Shown here: piece by piece, positions 38,200-50,606 of the stretch
Layout: each line of letters begins with the position of its first letter
Position numbering within the stretch: the first letter of the stretch is position 1
NCBI RefSeq assembly: GCF_018350175.1
Contig: NC_058368.1
Coordinates: forward strand, 222,272,001-222,336,000
Reading direction: 5' to 3'
DNA from: Felis catus
Taxonomy: Eukaryota
Length of the DNA: 64,000 nucleotides
Made by a program: the position numbers and the translations under genes
The notes under the pieces: generated by a model
The model's database searches: none
What the model saw: the letters and a program-made list of their open reading frames with translations, nothing else
What the model was told of the DNA's origin: nothing

Positions 38200-39256
38200 A
38201 TGGTGAATTAAAGTCACTCATTGACATTTCTCTCATTGAGTGGCAAGGTCAATTTTTCCTCTCCTTGAATGTTGAGTAGTCTGTGATTGTTTTGACCAAT
38301 AGAATATAATGGAAGTGGCTTGATACCCATGCTAGGCACTGGATCCCCTGAATCTAGACAAAGATTTCAAGTAGTTGGCTTGTGGGGCTCTTGGGTGGCT
38401 CAGTCAGTTGGGGGTCCGACTTCAGCTCAGGTCATGATCTCACAATTGGTGGATTCAAGCCCCACATCAGGCTCTGTGCTGACATCTCAGAGCCTGGATC
38501 CTGCTTCAGATTTTGTCTCCCTCTCTCTCTGTTCCACCCCTGCTCACACTCCATTTCTGTCCCTGTTTCTGTGTCTCTCTCAAAAATAAATAAACATTAA
38601 AAAAAGAATTTCAAAAAAGAAGTGTTTAACGTAGTTGGCTTGTGATCCATTCACTCCCAGTACTAGGAGGATAATGTACAGTTGGAAAGAAAAGAAGGTA
38701 TTTGATAAGAGGAAAAATGGCTAAATATGGAAAATCCTTAGACAGATAATCCTGGTTAAGTTATTTATAGCAGATAAATTAGGATCTAAGGATTTACGAG
38801 GCACGGATCTCCAGAGAACATCATGTAAAACAAAGAATTCCTCCAGATAGGAATTGGAATGCTTCATTACGTAACTGCTCCTTCTGCTGTGTGAGGTTAC
38901 CAGCCACAAGGAAACACCTGGAAACAAGATCTATTATTCTAACTAGAAAATGCAGCTCCAAGGTGGTAACAACTGATCAGGTTAACAGTTCTTGATGACC
39001 CAGGCTGCTCTCTGCTTTGTCTGACTTTCTTCATTTCTGAAGTAAATACTTTAGTGCTTTATTCACTAATAAAGTAAAGACAATAATCTCATGTTCAATT
39101 AACACATAGATTTGTAAGTCTTATTTGATTATCTGATTCTTTGGGTTAGATCATTGATCCAAGGAAGTATAGGATATAAAAAATTTAAAAAAAAGTTATG
39201 CTTTTAAGTAACTAAGTTTTGTGGTTGTTTGTTACACAGTAATAGATAACCAGTAA
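38200..39256 (+). mobile_element. Old MaLR LTR (MLT1G-J-like) pieces flanking later insertions
   Basis: ctccttgaat...tttgaccaatagaatataatggaagtg at the start; ttttaagtaactaagttttgtggttgtttgttacacagtaatagataaccag at the end. Confidence 0.6.
38385..38630 (+). mobile_element. Can-SINE
   Basis: TSD gtagttggcttgtg (38371-38384/38631-38644). Confidence 0.94.
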
Positions 39257-39949
39257 AATGAAGACAACAGATTTGATTTCCATTGAAAAATACATGAAGT
39301 AAAAAACAACTACTAATTTACTTTGGATCTGAAAGCAAGAGATTTGATTTTATGTAAACAACAAAATCAGAAATGAAAATGATTTCATATTATAACAGCA
39401 CATGTTTGAGTAATTTTCAAAAAATTGAAAACCCAGGTATGTCTGCAAAATATACTTCATGATATAATGAAGTTGTCCACATTAATTGAGACACAGAATT
39501 ATTGATGGTCGCACTAAAGGTGGGGCAAGTTACGGTGCACGGCGGGTTCTGTGCTGCTGGGGCTTTCAAAAAGAAGACAAATACAACATTTTAACAGGCT
39601 TCTACAGTGGTGCTAGAATATTAGCACTCACAATAATCTCAGCAGAGCACACACCCCAAGGTGCTTCACCTGCCTCCTGCTGAGGGTGGTGCTCCGCCTA
39701 TATACACATTCGCCATCCTGCGTAAGTGGCATCTTATTTCAATGAAGAATAGGAAATGATGACCTTCTGCTATTACCTTCTGTCCAAATGAACACCTAGC
39801 TAGAAAACGTACATATCAATAAATCTGATTTTAATAACAAATTCTTTATCTTTGACCACAGTCCAATTTCTCATGAAAATTACCATTGTATATTGATAGA
39901 GAAGTTACTTTAGGAATGTGTTCTACTACTTTATCAAGAATACGTATAG

Positions 39950-40430
39950 AGTTGGCTGCAGGGAAGCACGATTCCTCCTTCAGGACTCGGTCCTTCAGTG
40001 ACCCAGCTGCTGATGTTGCTGGCTGACAACTCAAAACTGAGCCCTTTCCTGGGAGTAATGGCCTTTAGTTTGAGGGAGGTGCATAGACCAAAAACCTGCA
40101 CCTTCCAGGATAGGAGCCTAATGCCCAATGGTCGATCAAAGTTGGATTATAAAGACATCGTCCCCGGGGCGCCTGGGTGGCGCAGTCTGTTAAGCGTCCG
40201 ACTTCAGCCAGGGCACGATCTCGCGGTCCGTGAGTTCGAGCCCCGCATCAGGCTCTGGGCTGATGGCTCAGAGCCTGGAGCCTGTTTCCGATTCTGTGTC
40301 TCCCTCTCTCTCTGCCCCTCCCCCGTTCATGCTCTGTCTCTCTCTGTCCCCAAAAAAATAAATAAACGTTGAAAAAAAAATAAAAAAAAAAAAGACATCA
40401 TCCCCTTGACTCACATAATTTGATTCTCTG
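39950..40430 (+). mobile_element. ERVL LTR16-like fragment, split by a SINE
   Basis: cccagctgctgatgttgctggctgacaactcaaaactgagccc...ccaatggtcgatcaaagttggattataaa resembles recalled LTR16. Confidence 0.55.
40166..40390 (+). mobile_element. Young felid SINE
   Basis: Diagnostic young-subfamily bases; TSD aaagacatc(g/a)tcccc. Confidence 0.96.
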
Positions 40431-40931
40431 CTGGTAGGGCACATACAAAGTCAGAATTGTTATGTCTTCTTAGAGAACTGGCCCCTTTATGTAGTACCTT
40501 CTTTATTCCTGAAAACTTGTATTGCCATGTCTAAAAACAATATAGCCACTCCATCTTTCTTTTGATTATTGCTGGCACAAAATATTTTTCTCCTTGCATT
40601 TACTTTTAATCTCTGCATGTCTTTATCTTTAAACTGGGCTTCCTATAGACAACATACACTTAGGTTTCTCTTTTGATCCACTCTGATAATTTGTCTTTTA
40701 ATTGGTGCATTCAAAAAATAGTTGGCACATTTAGACAATTGACATTCACAATGATTGTTGATATAGTTGGATTCATATCTACCACATTTGTTACTGTTTT
40801 CTATTTGTTGTCTTTTGTTCCTGTTTTTGTCTTCCACATTTTTTCTGTCTTTGTTGTTTTAAGTATTTTTTAAGATTATGTTTTTTTCTCCTCTTTCAGC
40901 ATATAGGATACTTTTTTTTTGTTTACTTTTT

Positions 40932-41148
40932 TTTTTAATTTTTTTCAACGTTTATTTATTTTTGGGACAGAGAGAGACAGAGCATGAACGGGGGAGGGGC
41001 AGAGAGAGAGGGAGACACAGAATCGGAAACAGGCTCCAGGCTCTGAGCCATCAGCCCAGAGCCTGATGCGGGGCTCGAACTCACGGACCTCGAGATCGTG
41101 ACCTGGCTGAAGTCGGACGCTTAACCGACTGCGCCACCCAGGAGCCCC
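40932..41148 (-). mobile_element. Young felid SINE
   Basis: Near-identical to 40166-40390; TSD tttgtttacttttt. Confidence 0.96.
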
Positions 41149-41713
41149 TATTTGTTTACTTTTTGTGGTAGCTACCTTGGAGTTTGCAATATACATTCAC
41201 AATTAATGCAAGTCCTCTTTCAAATAATACTCTATCAATTTACAGATAGTGTGAGTATCTTATACTAACAAAATTATCCTAATTCTCCCCACCCTATTCT
41301 TTCTATCATTGCTACCATTTATTTTGCTTATATATAAGCATAAATAAGCATCGTATGTATATGACATATAGATAAGTATATATAATTGATGTGCTGGTGA
41401 TATTATTATTTTGAACAAACTGTTATCTATTAGATCAGTTATGATAAAAATAAGTTTTTATTTTACTTTTATTTATTCCTTCTTTGGCACTCTATGTGGA
41501 TCTGAGTTTTTGATAATAGTATTTCCCTTCTCTCTAGAAAACTTATTTTAACATTTTTTTTGCAAGGCAGATCTAGTGAGAACAAGTCCCCCAATTTGCA
41601 TGTGTCTGAAAGTGTCCGTATTTATCCCTCATGTGGATGTTTTTATTGGGTAGAGATTTCTAGGTTGGTTGGTTTTGTTCTCCCAACATTTAAATATTAA
41701 AAAACAAATTCTT

Positions 41714-41924
41714 GGGGCGCCTGGGTGGCTCAGTCGGTTGAGCGTCCGACTTCAGCTCAGGTCACAATCTCACGGTCCGTGAGTTCGAGCCCCGCGTCAG
41801 GCTCTGGGCTGATGGCTCAGAGCCTGGAGCCTGCTTCGGATCCTGTGTCTCCCTCTCTCTCTGCCCCTCCCTCATTCATGCTGTGTCTCTCTCTGTCTCA
41901 AAAATAAATAAAACGTTAAAAAAA
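41714..41924 (+). mobile_element. Young felid SINE
   Basis: CpG-rich body; TSD aaaaaacaaattct. Confidence 0.95.
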
Positions 41925-42212
41925 TTAAAAAAACAAATTCTCTCAAAATTTACATATTTTACTCCACTCTATTTTGGCTTAGATGGTTTCTGAGGAGATT
42001 CAGATATCATTCTTATATTTCGTCCTCTATAGGCAATGTGTTCCCCTACTCCCCCCCCCCCCACCGACTCTCGGGCTTCTTTCAACATTTTTTCTTTGTT
42101 TTGAAAATATGCTGTGATGAGTGTGTGGTTTCGTGTCTGTGTGTGAGTGTGTGGCATTGATTATGTTTGGTGTTCCCTGAGATTACTGTACGTCTAGTTT
42201 GATATCTGATGT

Positions 42213-42321
42213 TAATCTTAAAAAATAGTTAAAATCACAAAGACAGAAAAAAGTGTGGGAGACAAAAACAGGTACAAGAGACAACAAATGGAAAATGGTA
42301 ATGAATATGGTAGATATGAAT
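42213..42321 (+). repeat. Inverted duplicate of 40771-40878
   Basis: ~109 bp, ~88% identical by hand to the reverse complement of 40771-40878. Confidence 0.88.
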
Positions 42322-43573
42322 GCTCGTATTTTTCAGTCTTTCTTACTTCGTGTATTTATTTGGCCTCTTCCTTTTTTCTCCTATGGGTGTTCCCATTATA
42401 CATTGTACACCTTTTGTAGTTTTCCCACAGCTCCCGGATAGTCTGTTTTCTTTTTTCTTTTCTTTTTTTTTTCACTGTTTGTTCTCTTTGTTTTTCAGGT
42501 TTTGAGGACTCTATTGATACATTCTCTAGGTGCAGAGTATTTTTCTTCAGCCGTGTCCAGATTAGTAATAATCATAAAAGACAGTCTGTATGTATGTCTG
42601 TTATAGTGGTTTTGATTTCTAGCATTTTTTTAAAAATTTTTGTTCTTTATTTAAATCACCATCTCTCTACTTACATTGCCCATCTGTCTTGCATGCAGTC
42701 TACTTGTGCCGTTAGAACCTTCTGCTGTTTTAAATTCCTGGAGTGGTAATTATAATTACCCTTGCCATGTCTGGTTTTGATGCTTGCTGTATCTCATCAA
42801 GTTCCATTTTTTTTTTTTTTTTTGCCTTTTGGTATGCCTTGTAATTTTTTCTTGGCATGGGGTATGGAAATTGTCCAAAATTGATCTTTAGTAATGTGAT
42901 ATGAGGTGTGGGGAAAAAGAAAGCATTCTATGAGCTATAATTAAGTCTCATTCTTTTAGGGAGCCTGTGCCTCTGGGCTGTGAACTTAACAAGTGTTTCT
43001 TGTTTATTTTCTCCCTACTTAAATGGGCTAGAGGGAGCTGAAATTTGGTCTTTCCCTTCCCCAGGTGAGTTAGGCTGTGATAATAACTCAGCAGGTGAGG
43101 CCCTGGTTAACTAATTCACCCGAGTGCAGGACTTATTCAGAAGAAGGGGCTGTATTTCGAAATGGTTCATTTTCCCCTTCCTCTGCCAAAGCCTTCGGGA
43201 GTTTTCCTCCAATATTTACTGTGAAAACCTGGTTATGCTCATGGAGGTAAATCTCACAATATTGTGGGAACGCTATGAGTGACTCCCCCAGAGATTTTAA
43301 CTCTCAGACTTGTCGACACCGAATGTTCTACAATTTGTGAATTACAGTTCATCTCCGGCATGGGTTCCTGATGCGGTTTCCCGTCGTGAGTTTCTGCTCT
43401 GGTAAGTTGAGACTCCTTGTATTTGCCAGTCTTTCTCTCTAATCTTGCGGGCAGAAGTTTACCCTGTGTCTTCCACTCTGTAATGGATCAAAAATTTTTC
43501 TGCCTGTTCAGCTTTTTGTTGTTGTTGTTATGAACTGGAGATTTCCAAGGTCCTTCTATGTGGTATGGAAACA

Positions 43574-44024
43574 TGTCGAAATTTCAGAAATAGCAGATTT
43601 GAAACTAAAGAAGTACTGAAGTTTAATAGCAAATTAGTAGAGGTTTGTGGTGCACACACCAAAAAGGCAGCTCATGAACTGGGAGCGTTCAAACAAACAA
43701 AACATACAATGAGGCCCAAGAGGCCTATTTTTTATAAAGAGGCTTATATAGAGGGGAGACAGTGACTGCTTATTTTTCACAGTGATTGGTTACAATATTA
43801 GAATTTTATTAAGTGATAGGGAATTGGTTAGTGGTTACCTCATATCAATTTTAGAAAACTGTTTAGGTTTTGCTTATAGTTTCTTGAGGCATAAGCAAGA
43901 AATGACCCAGGTCGAGTTAGTATTTGCAAAAGAAGCTAAATTAAGCTTTGTTTTTGTGCCTAAATTGGTTTTGTCTGCTCAGAGAATTTTCAAGGATTGA
44001 CTCCATTTGCTTTTTATTTTAACA
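43574..44024 (-). mobile_element. ERV1-type solo LTR
   Basis: On minus strand: TGTTAA...CGACA termini, CCAAT (43785), TATATAA (43744), ATTAAA (43622); flanks gaaac(a)/gaaac(t). Confidence 0.78.
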
Positions 44025-45188
44025 GAAACTCGAAGCCTCATAGACCTATTTTATTAACTGAGGCTTGAAAGTCATACATATTTATACATTATGAATTGCT
44101 ATTTGTAAAATATTACTTTGTTTTATACATTTCCTGTGGTTTAAATCATTAATTTAGGCATCGTTTACATAAATTTATCATAATAATCTTGGAAAATACA
44201 CCATTTTGCACCCAAACATTATTGAATATGTACAGTTCTTGCTCTGGGTAGGAAAATCAAATCAAAGAACTGTTAACACTAGTTGAAATTTCTTGACATC
44301 TTCACTTTTAAATTCTAAATTTACCTTAATGGACAAGTCTCAGAACCATGGGTCTTGAAACTTATCCATCCCGAGTAGGATTAAAGATAGAATTTTTATT
44401 CTCAAAATTAAGCTGTATATATTGTTTTAGGTATTAACATCAATAGAAAAATAAAATTATTTTAAAGGTTTATTTGAAAAGCAATTTCTAACATAGCAAA
44501 CATCCATCATCATATGTCGTGTTCATTTAATTACAACTTTCATATTCTTCTCTAGGTGCTTAGTTATAAAGTTGGCGGGTAGTATTTTGCACAAAGTAAC
44601 TCTCCTATTAAAGATACATAAAGACAGGTCAACCTCTCTCAAGGCGCATATGAGGAAAATTTGACCACTTTCTTAAGTTAGAGATGAAAGAACCCAATTA
44701 TGTTTGATGTCAGTCTTCAGTGGAATCCTAAGGCAATAGAAGGATCCCTCTCCTGGGATGCTACATTTGCAGCTCATTCTGAGTCTTGCAAAAGGATAGG
44801 TTTCAAGACCCATGACTCTGAATAAATAGGATGTCTGGAAGGCCATTCTTCATTTAAATGCATTTTAAATTATATGGGACTCCAATATATAAGCAGCTAC
44901 GTGACTCTTATGTTTATGTTCTCTTTATTTCCCTCCCTCTCCCTACATTTCTTGCTCTTACTACTCATGTACAATGATTTAAAAAACTGAATTTCAGAAT
45001 TTTATTCTATAGTATAAACAGGTATATGTTAAGATATCATTGCATTAACTTTCAATGCAACATGTCTATCTTCATTGCATTAACCTTTGAAGCATAATCA
45101 TACATTTGCATAATTGTGTGCAATATAATACAGATTCCTTAAGATAATTTCTTACTATGTATTAAGTCACATTTATAAAAGTAATTTT

Positions 45189-45410
45189 GGGGTGCCTGGG
45201 TGGCTCAGTCAGTTAAGTGTCCGATTTCGGCTCAGGTCATGATCTCACGGTTTGTGAGTTCGAGGCCTGCGTCAGACTCTGCGCTGACAGCTCAGAGCCT
45301 GGAGCCTGCTTTCGATTCTGTGTCTCATTCTCACTCTGCCGCTCCCCCACTTCTTCTCTGTCTCTCAAAAATAAATAAATGTAAAATAAAATTTTTACGT
45401 AAAAACAAGT
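45189..45410 (+). mobile_element. Can-SINE
   Basis: Full body and A-rich tail; TSD aaagtaa. Confidence 0.93.
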
Positions 45411-46056
45411 GAAAGTAACTGTGGAATAAAATATAAGCTGTTCATATGAATAACAGATGGCAATCTAAATAACTATTTCAATATTTTTTAAAACTGTTGA
45501 ATGTGTAATACAGGTATTATGTTTCATACAGTCAAATTTAAAATATAGAAGTCAACTCATGGATGTGATAAGTTTTGAACACTATTATTTGAACTTTCTC
45601 TTGCTCACAAGTTTTATTTGCTACCAATACCAAAGATAACTTAAGGAAAATGTTATCCCTTGAATGTTTTGCATAAAACACAGCTGAGTTCCTCTTTGTA
45701 CTTTGGAAGTCTACATAAACACTCTTCATATCATTTATTTTACCACTTTTCTTCACTAAGATGAAAAAAAAAGAAAAAGGTAATAAAACCTAATAATGCA
45801 AACATCAGTTTTAATAAAACACTCAAAACTTGTGGGACCACATAATATATTTCACAACTGTTTCCCTCCTCTTGGTTTTTCTGTTCTCTTCTGATTTCCA
45901 TCTCACATTCAGCTGAACTCTATTTCATTTTTTACTTTTACTTCTTTTATCTCTGGCTTGAAAAGGTCCCAATGTAATTAAATCTAGGTTCTCATCTGAA
46001 CCAGATCATTTATATTTATAAGGATCTATACGCATTTTAGGTGTAAATTAGGTGAA

Positions 46057-46172
46057 GATATATCTATATACCTAGATATCCATATCTATCTAGATATATA
46101 TATCTATAGTTGTAGATATAGATATAGATAGATATAGATATAGACATAGATATAGATATAGATATAGATATA
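46057..46172. repeat. (GATATA)n and related AT-rich simple repeat
   Basis: Direct reading. Confidence 0.9.
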
Positions 46173-47199
46173 TTTGGTCTTACCTTTGGCAGAGATCAAA
46201 ATTGGTAATCTTTGCAAATTTGTCCCCAAAGCTTTTTTTTTATCAAGTAAGGATAGTAAATAATAATATATATACTATATACTATGCTATTTATAATATA
46301 GACTATATTATATATTACTATATATGTATGTAAAATAAGGATAATAATCTAATTACTCAACTGAAGCTCCCTTCTTGTTCATCTTTGACTCATTGTCTAT
46401 CTCTTTTCTCCTTGTTTTTTTCAACTCTATGATCTTGAGGCCTGAGTTGGGCCATGGACTCCTAATTCTGTTCTATTCCTTTAATATTATGGGAGTCTCC
46501 TGCAATCAACTTTTACCTAGTTTACTTAGGGGGTATATTTTTCCCAAGGCTGGTCAGTTCAGGATGAGTCTTTCACAGCTCTTAAGTGGCTGAATGATGT
46601 AGTTGTGTTATTTTCTAATGGGGTAACGTCAGAGTTTAAATGCGGGGCTTGGAAAGAACACCAAGTACCCAAGTATCTGTGTCTTCCCATGGCTTTCCCA
46701 CATTGAACATGAGCATTCATCCTTAGGGCTCAGATCCTCACAAGCTGAGTATTAATAGCCAAAGTTAAATCTCTGGTCATTTAATTCATATTTCCACACT
46801 CTGCCTCCTACCTGGGAAAAGATGCTTGTTTCTATCAAGTTCATTTTTAGAGTCAGAACATTTCACGCTGCTGGCACTATTACCATTGTAATCCTCTTGA
46901 CGAGAGTGGAATTCTCCTTCAAAGATAGTTTGGGAAAAAAATTGGCATGTTCTTCATTACTGAAATAGAAACACAGACATATTTTAGTGTCTCATTTTTT
47001 AAAATAATATTTAATCTCATGAGCATTGCTCTAAGTTAGATGATCATTGAGTTATAATCACATAGAATCCCATTTGTTAAAATTGTCTTCAAAGTAGTAA
47101 CAAATCAGTAGGTTCATTCTGACAAGGGCAATTTATCTCTTTCAGGAGATTGGCAGGATATGATCATGAAATGGTTTTGTTTTTGTTTTTTTGTAAACA

Positions 47200-47378
47200 G
47201 ATGTGTCACCATATAACATTATTACAGTGCCATTCACTATTTCTCTATGCTATACTTTTCATCACTGTGACTTATCGTTATGAGCATCACGTAAGGGTTA
47301 AATTTGCCTAATTGCTATGTTGTATACCTGAAACTAATAAAACATTGTATGTTAGCTATACTTCAGTAGGGAAAAAAG
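47200..47378 (+). mobile_element. Short carnivore L1 3' fragment with inverted 5' part
   Basis: Antisense L1 3'UTR (cactatttctctatgctatacttttcatc) joined to sense terminus (tgttgtatacctgaaactaat...tatacttca). Confidence 0.6.
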
Positions 47379-47439
47379 GCAGATATGGTGCTGTAAGCTA
47401 ATTCCTTACTCCGTGTCTTTTGGGTCTCTGTCGTAGTTT

Positions 47440-48160
47440 GCTTGTTTTATCTAAGTTATTGAATTTAGTGATGTAAACTCTTCATACTTCCTTCCTATCC
47501 CTTTCTCAATATCTGTAGAATTAGTAGGAAAGTAACCTCCCATTTCTGATACTGGTAAATTGTTTTTCCTTTTATTTCTGATTAGTGTGGTTAGAGATTT
47601 ATCAATTTTATTGATTCACTTAAAAAAGTCATCTTCTTGTTTCATTGATTTTCTTTATTTTTTTCTCTTCATTGCTTTATGCTCTAATATTTCCTTTAAT
47701 TTGCTTATTTGAGGCTTGATTTCTTTTCTTTTTTTTTAAATGTATTTATTTATTTTGAGAGAGAGCATGAGCAGGGAAGGGGCAGAGAGAGGAAGGGCAG
47801 AGAGAAAGAGGGCGGGGCAAAGAGAGAGGGTGGGGCAGAGAGAGGGAGAGAGAATACCAAGTAGGCTCTGTGCTGTTAGCACAGAGCCAGATACAAGGGG
47901 CTTGATCGCATGAGCCAGGAAATCATGACCTGAGCTGAAACCAAGAGTCAGATGCTTAACATACTGAGCTACCCAGACACTCCTTAATTTTTCTTATTTG
48001 TTTCTTAAGGAGAAAACAGTGTTGATTTATTGAATCATTTCTCTTTAATAGTATGACCATGTAGTACTACAAATTTCCCTCTAATGTGTAGGTTGCATTC
48101 AACATATTTGATACGCTGTGTTTTTGTTTTAATTAAGATCAAAATAATTTCTATTTGCTC
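47440..48160 (-). mobile_element. Old L1M ORF2 fragment
   Basis: gttagagatttatcaattttattgat...ttcattgatttt; minus translation ...IRGKFVVL resembles L1 LRGKFIAL. Confidence 0.75.
47724..47983 (-). mobile_element. Can-SINE with 4x repeated gggcagagaga unit
   Basis: Antisense body; tandem units at 47775-47846. Confidence 0.9.
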
Positions 48161-48479
48161 TGACTTCAGATTACATTGAAATTTGAGCAAAACCTTGATC
48201 TTGACCTTCAAGTGTGTCTCCACTAGTCTGGCCATCTAAATTTCCAGATGTATTTTAGATACAGGTTTCAAGTTCCACTTAAAAAATCCTCTTAGTGATT
48301 TAAATTACATTGTATTCCATCTGAACATCAAATTCAGACATAATCGAATTTCTTTACATATTGTTTCAATACACGTCCATCACTAAAGTTGTATCATGTA
48401 TTGTGATAAAGATTATTTTATCATATTCTGCAAAGCACATTGAGAATCTCTAGACTTTATAAGTGATCTCATCTGATTG

Positions 48480-49235
48480 TGTTAAGGTTCACTCTTCGAA
48501 ATGTAATGTTTGATGGATATTGACAAGCATATAGTATCATCTATTGACAGTTTTAGAATCATACACATAGTTCCATTCCCTTAAAAATTATCTTTCTTAG
48601 CCTATTCAATTGCCCCTCTCCTCCAAAATCTTAATAGCCACTTAACATTGTAGTGTGTCTATGGTTTTGCCTTTTCCAGAATCTTATATACGTGGAATTA
48701 TAGAGTAGGTAGCTTCTTGGACTGACTTCATTCACCTAACAGTACACATTTAAAATGGTTGAATAAGTCATTTGTTAAATCACTAAATTACATTTTGTTT
48801 ATCCATTTACCTATTGAATGATATTTTGGTTGCTTCCCATTTGGGACAGTTGTGAAGAGAAATTACCATAAATATTTAGATGCAGGTTGTTGTGTGGACA
48901 CATTTCAAATCAGTTGAATGGATGCCTAGAACCGTGATTAATGGAGTATATACTAAAACAGTGTTTGGTTTGTAAAAAACTGCCAGTCTTCCAAAGTGAC
49001 TATACTGTTGGGCATCTCCACAAGCAATGAATGAGAATTCCTATTACTCCACATCCTTACCAGTGTTGGGTAATATCCTTTTAATATTTTTTGTTATTTT
49101 GTTGGTTTTAACTGTTTTAATAGGTGGGATACATCTTCACCAGTGTTTGGTAATATCCTTTTAATATTTTTGTTATTTTGTTGGTTTTAACTATTTTAGT
49201 AGGTGTTTAGTGGTATCTTCTTGCTTTAATTTTTA
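48480..49235 (-). mobile_element. L1MB/MC-like 3' fragment
   Basis: gttttgccttttccagaat...ttgtttatccatttacctattgaa...caagcaatgaatgagaattcct antisense L1 motifs. Confidence 0.8.
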
Positions 49236-49264
49236 GGTGTTCTAGCACTATGTGTTGGAAAAGT

Positions 49265-49476
49265 ATTATTTTATTAATGTTTATTTACTTAGAGAGAGAG
49301 GCTGTGAACGGAAGAAGGGCAGAGAGAGAGGGAGACACAGAATCTGAAGCAGGCTCCAGGCCCTGAGTTGTCAGCACAGAGCCCGACATGGGGCTTGAAC
49401 TCCCAAATCGTGAGATCATGACCTGAATCAAAGTCAAAGTTGGGCACTCAACCAACTGAGACATTCAGGCACCCCC
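49265..49476 (-). mobile_element. Can-SINE
   Basis: Antisense body; no clear TSD. Confidence 0.9.
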
Positions 49477-49479
49477 TTT

Positions 49480-49753
49480 GTCATTTGTTTGAGGAACGCT
49501 GGACCACCATAAAAATATCACAAAAGGGCCTGGGAGTACATATACAATTCCTGTCAAAACTTGCTGCATCCTGAATTTGCCCTAAAACCCCCAAGCCCTT
49601 TCTTCTGAGAGGGCTTGCATTTTTTGAAGGCCTTAACCTTCCATAGCCACTTTTGCCCAGCAAAACAATAAAGCTATTGTCCCTCTTTATCCCAAACTCT
49701 GTCTTTGCATTACGTTTTGGCTCCAAAGCATGGAGGTTGGTTTTTGATAAACA
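49480..49753 (+). mobile_element. 3' part of carnivore ERV1-type LTR
   Basis: ttttgcccagcaaaacaataaagctatt...cccaaactctgtct...ends aaaca; recalled CarLTR-like R/U5. Confidence 0.65.
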
Positions 49754-49949
49754 TAGTAATGTGATCATCAGCATCAGTGAAAATCAAAGCAAAATAATGC
49801 TTTGCTTTACCACTCTTAGGTCTTAATAACTCCAACAGCCTTAAATACATATGGCAGGAAAAAGATAATACCAATGTGATTGAACTATAATAGCATTTTT
49901 TTTACATTTTGACAAATATCTCATTGAAGATATATACAATTTATTTTAT

Positions 49950-50070
49950 TCTGCAAATGATACTATGAGGTTAGTATCAAAGTTATCTCCATTCAATATA
50001 TGGGAAAATATGTTTTGAAAGTTAATGCAATTATTTCAATATGACATAGCTAATTAATAGTAGAGCTGCT
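49950..50070 (-). mobile_element. MIR remnant
   Basis: ctatgaggttagtatc...tctccatt...acatagctaattaatagtagagctg core-like. Confidence 0.5.
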
Positions 50071-50606
50071 TTAAGAATCTTTAAATGACCATGTGTGTTC
50101 TCTGTAAGTATAAAGACAAAGTAGATAATTTTATTGGACCCAGAAAACATGTCAAGTGAGTATAATACAGCACAATACTTATAAAATTCTATAAAACCAA
50201 AGCTGAGTTTTTTTTTTTTTTTTTTCATGATGCAACTTTTGGCCAAAGTTCAATTAAATTCAAGTTTATTATACTCCTATTCCTAACAACTAATTATGTG
50301 GAAAAGTATTAAATACTATGGGCCTCGTAGAATTAGAATGAGAAATTAGACTGAGGAAAATACTTAGAACATTGAAATAATTAGAACACGTGTGAAAAAA
50401 AGTCAACGCTAATAATCATAGTCTACTTACTAGTGTGAATACTTTCATTTTTTAATCAAGAAATAGAAAAATATCAAACTCTTTACTGGAAGTCATGGTT
50501 CATATCCCTTTGGTGACATTAGAACAATTTCAGCAAACATTCCACAAACTACCGTTCATTTTCTTTGTGGCTTTTAAAGCAAAATATAAACGAGCTTTGA
50601 GAAAAG

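Larger units (their letters stand above)
40440..43573 (-). mobile_element. Decayed L1M 5' half (5'UTR, ORF1, start of ORF2 endonuclease)
   Basis: Minus-strand translations KEKMLKEARE...AYRGRNIRM (ORF1-like) and LNAPIKRQ...VCCL (L1 EN N-terminus); 5'UTR-like sequence at 42.8-43.57 kb. Confidence 0.88.

Noticed and set aside
38645..39160. Possible additional LTR between the MLT1 pieces
   Set aside because: Has an AATAAA but no defensible termini or TSD; the apparent TG start belongs to the SINE TSD.
39998..40372. 124-aa ORF, and the near-identical peptide of 40945-41196
   Set aside because: The shared part is simply the translated SINE body (GAPGWR...KINKR); not a gene family.
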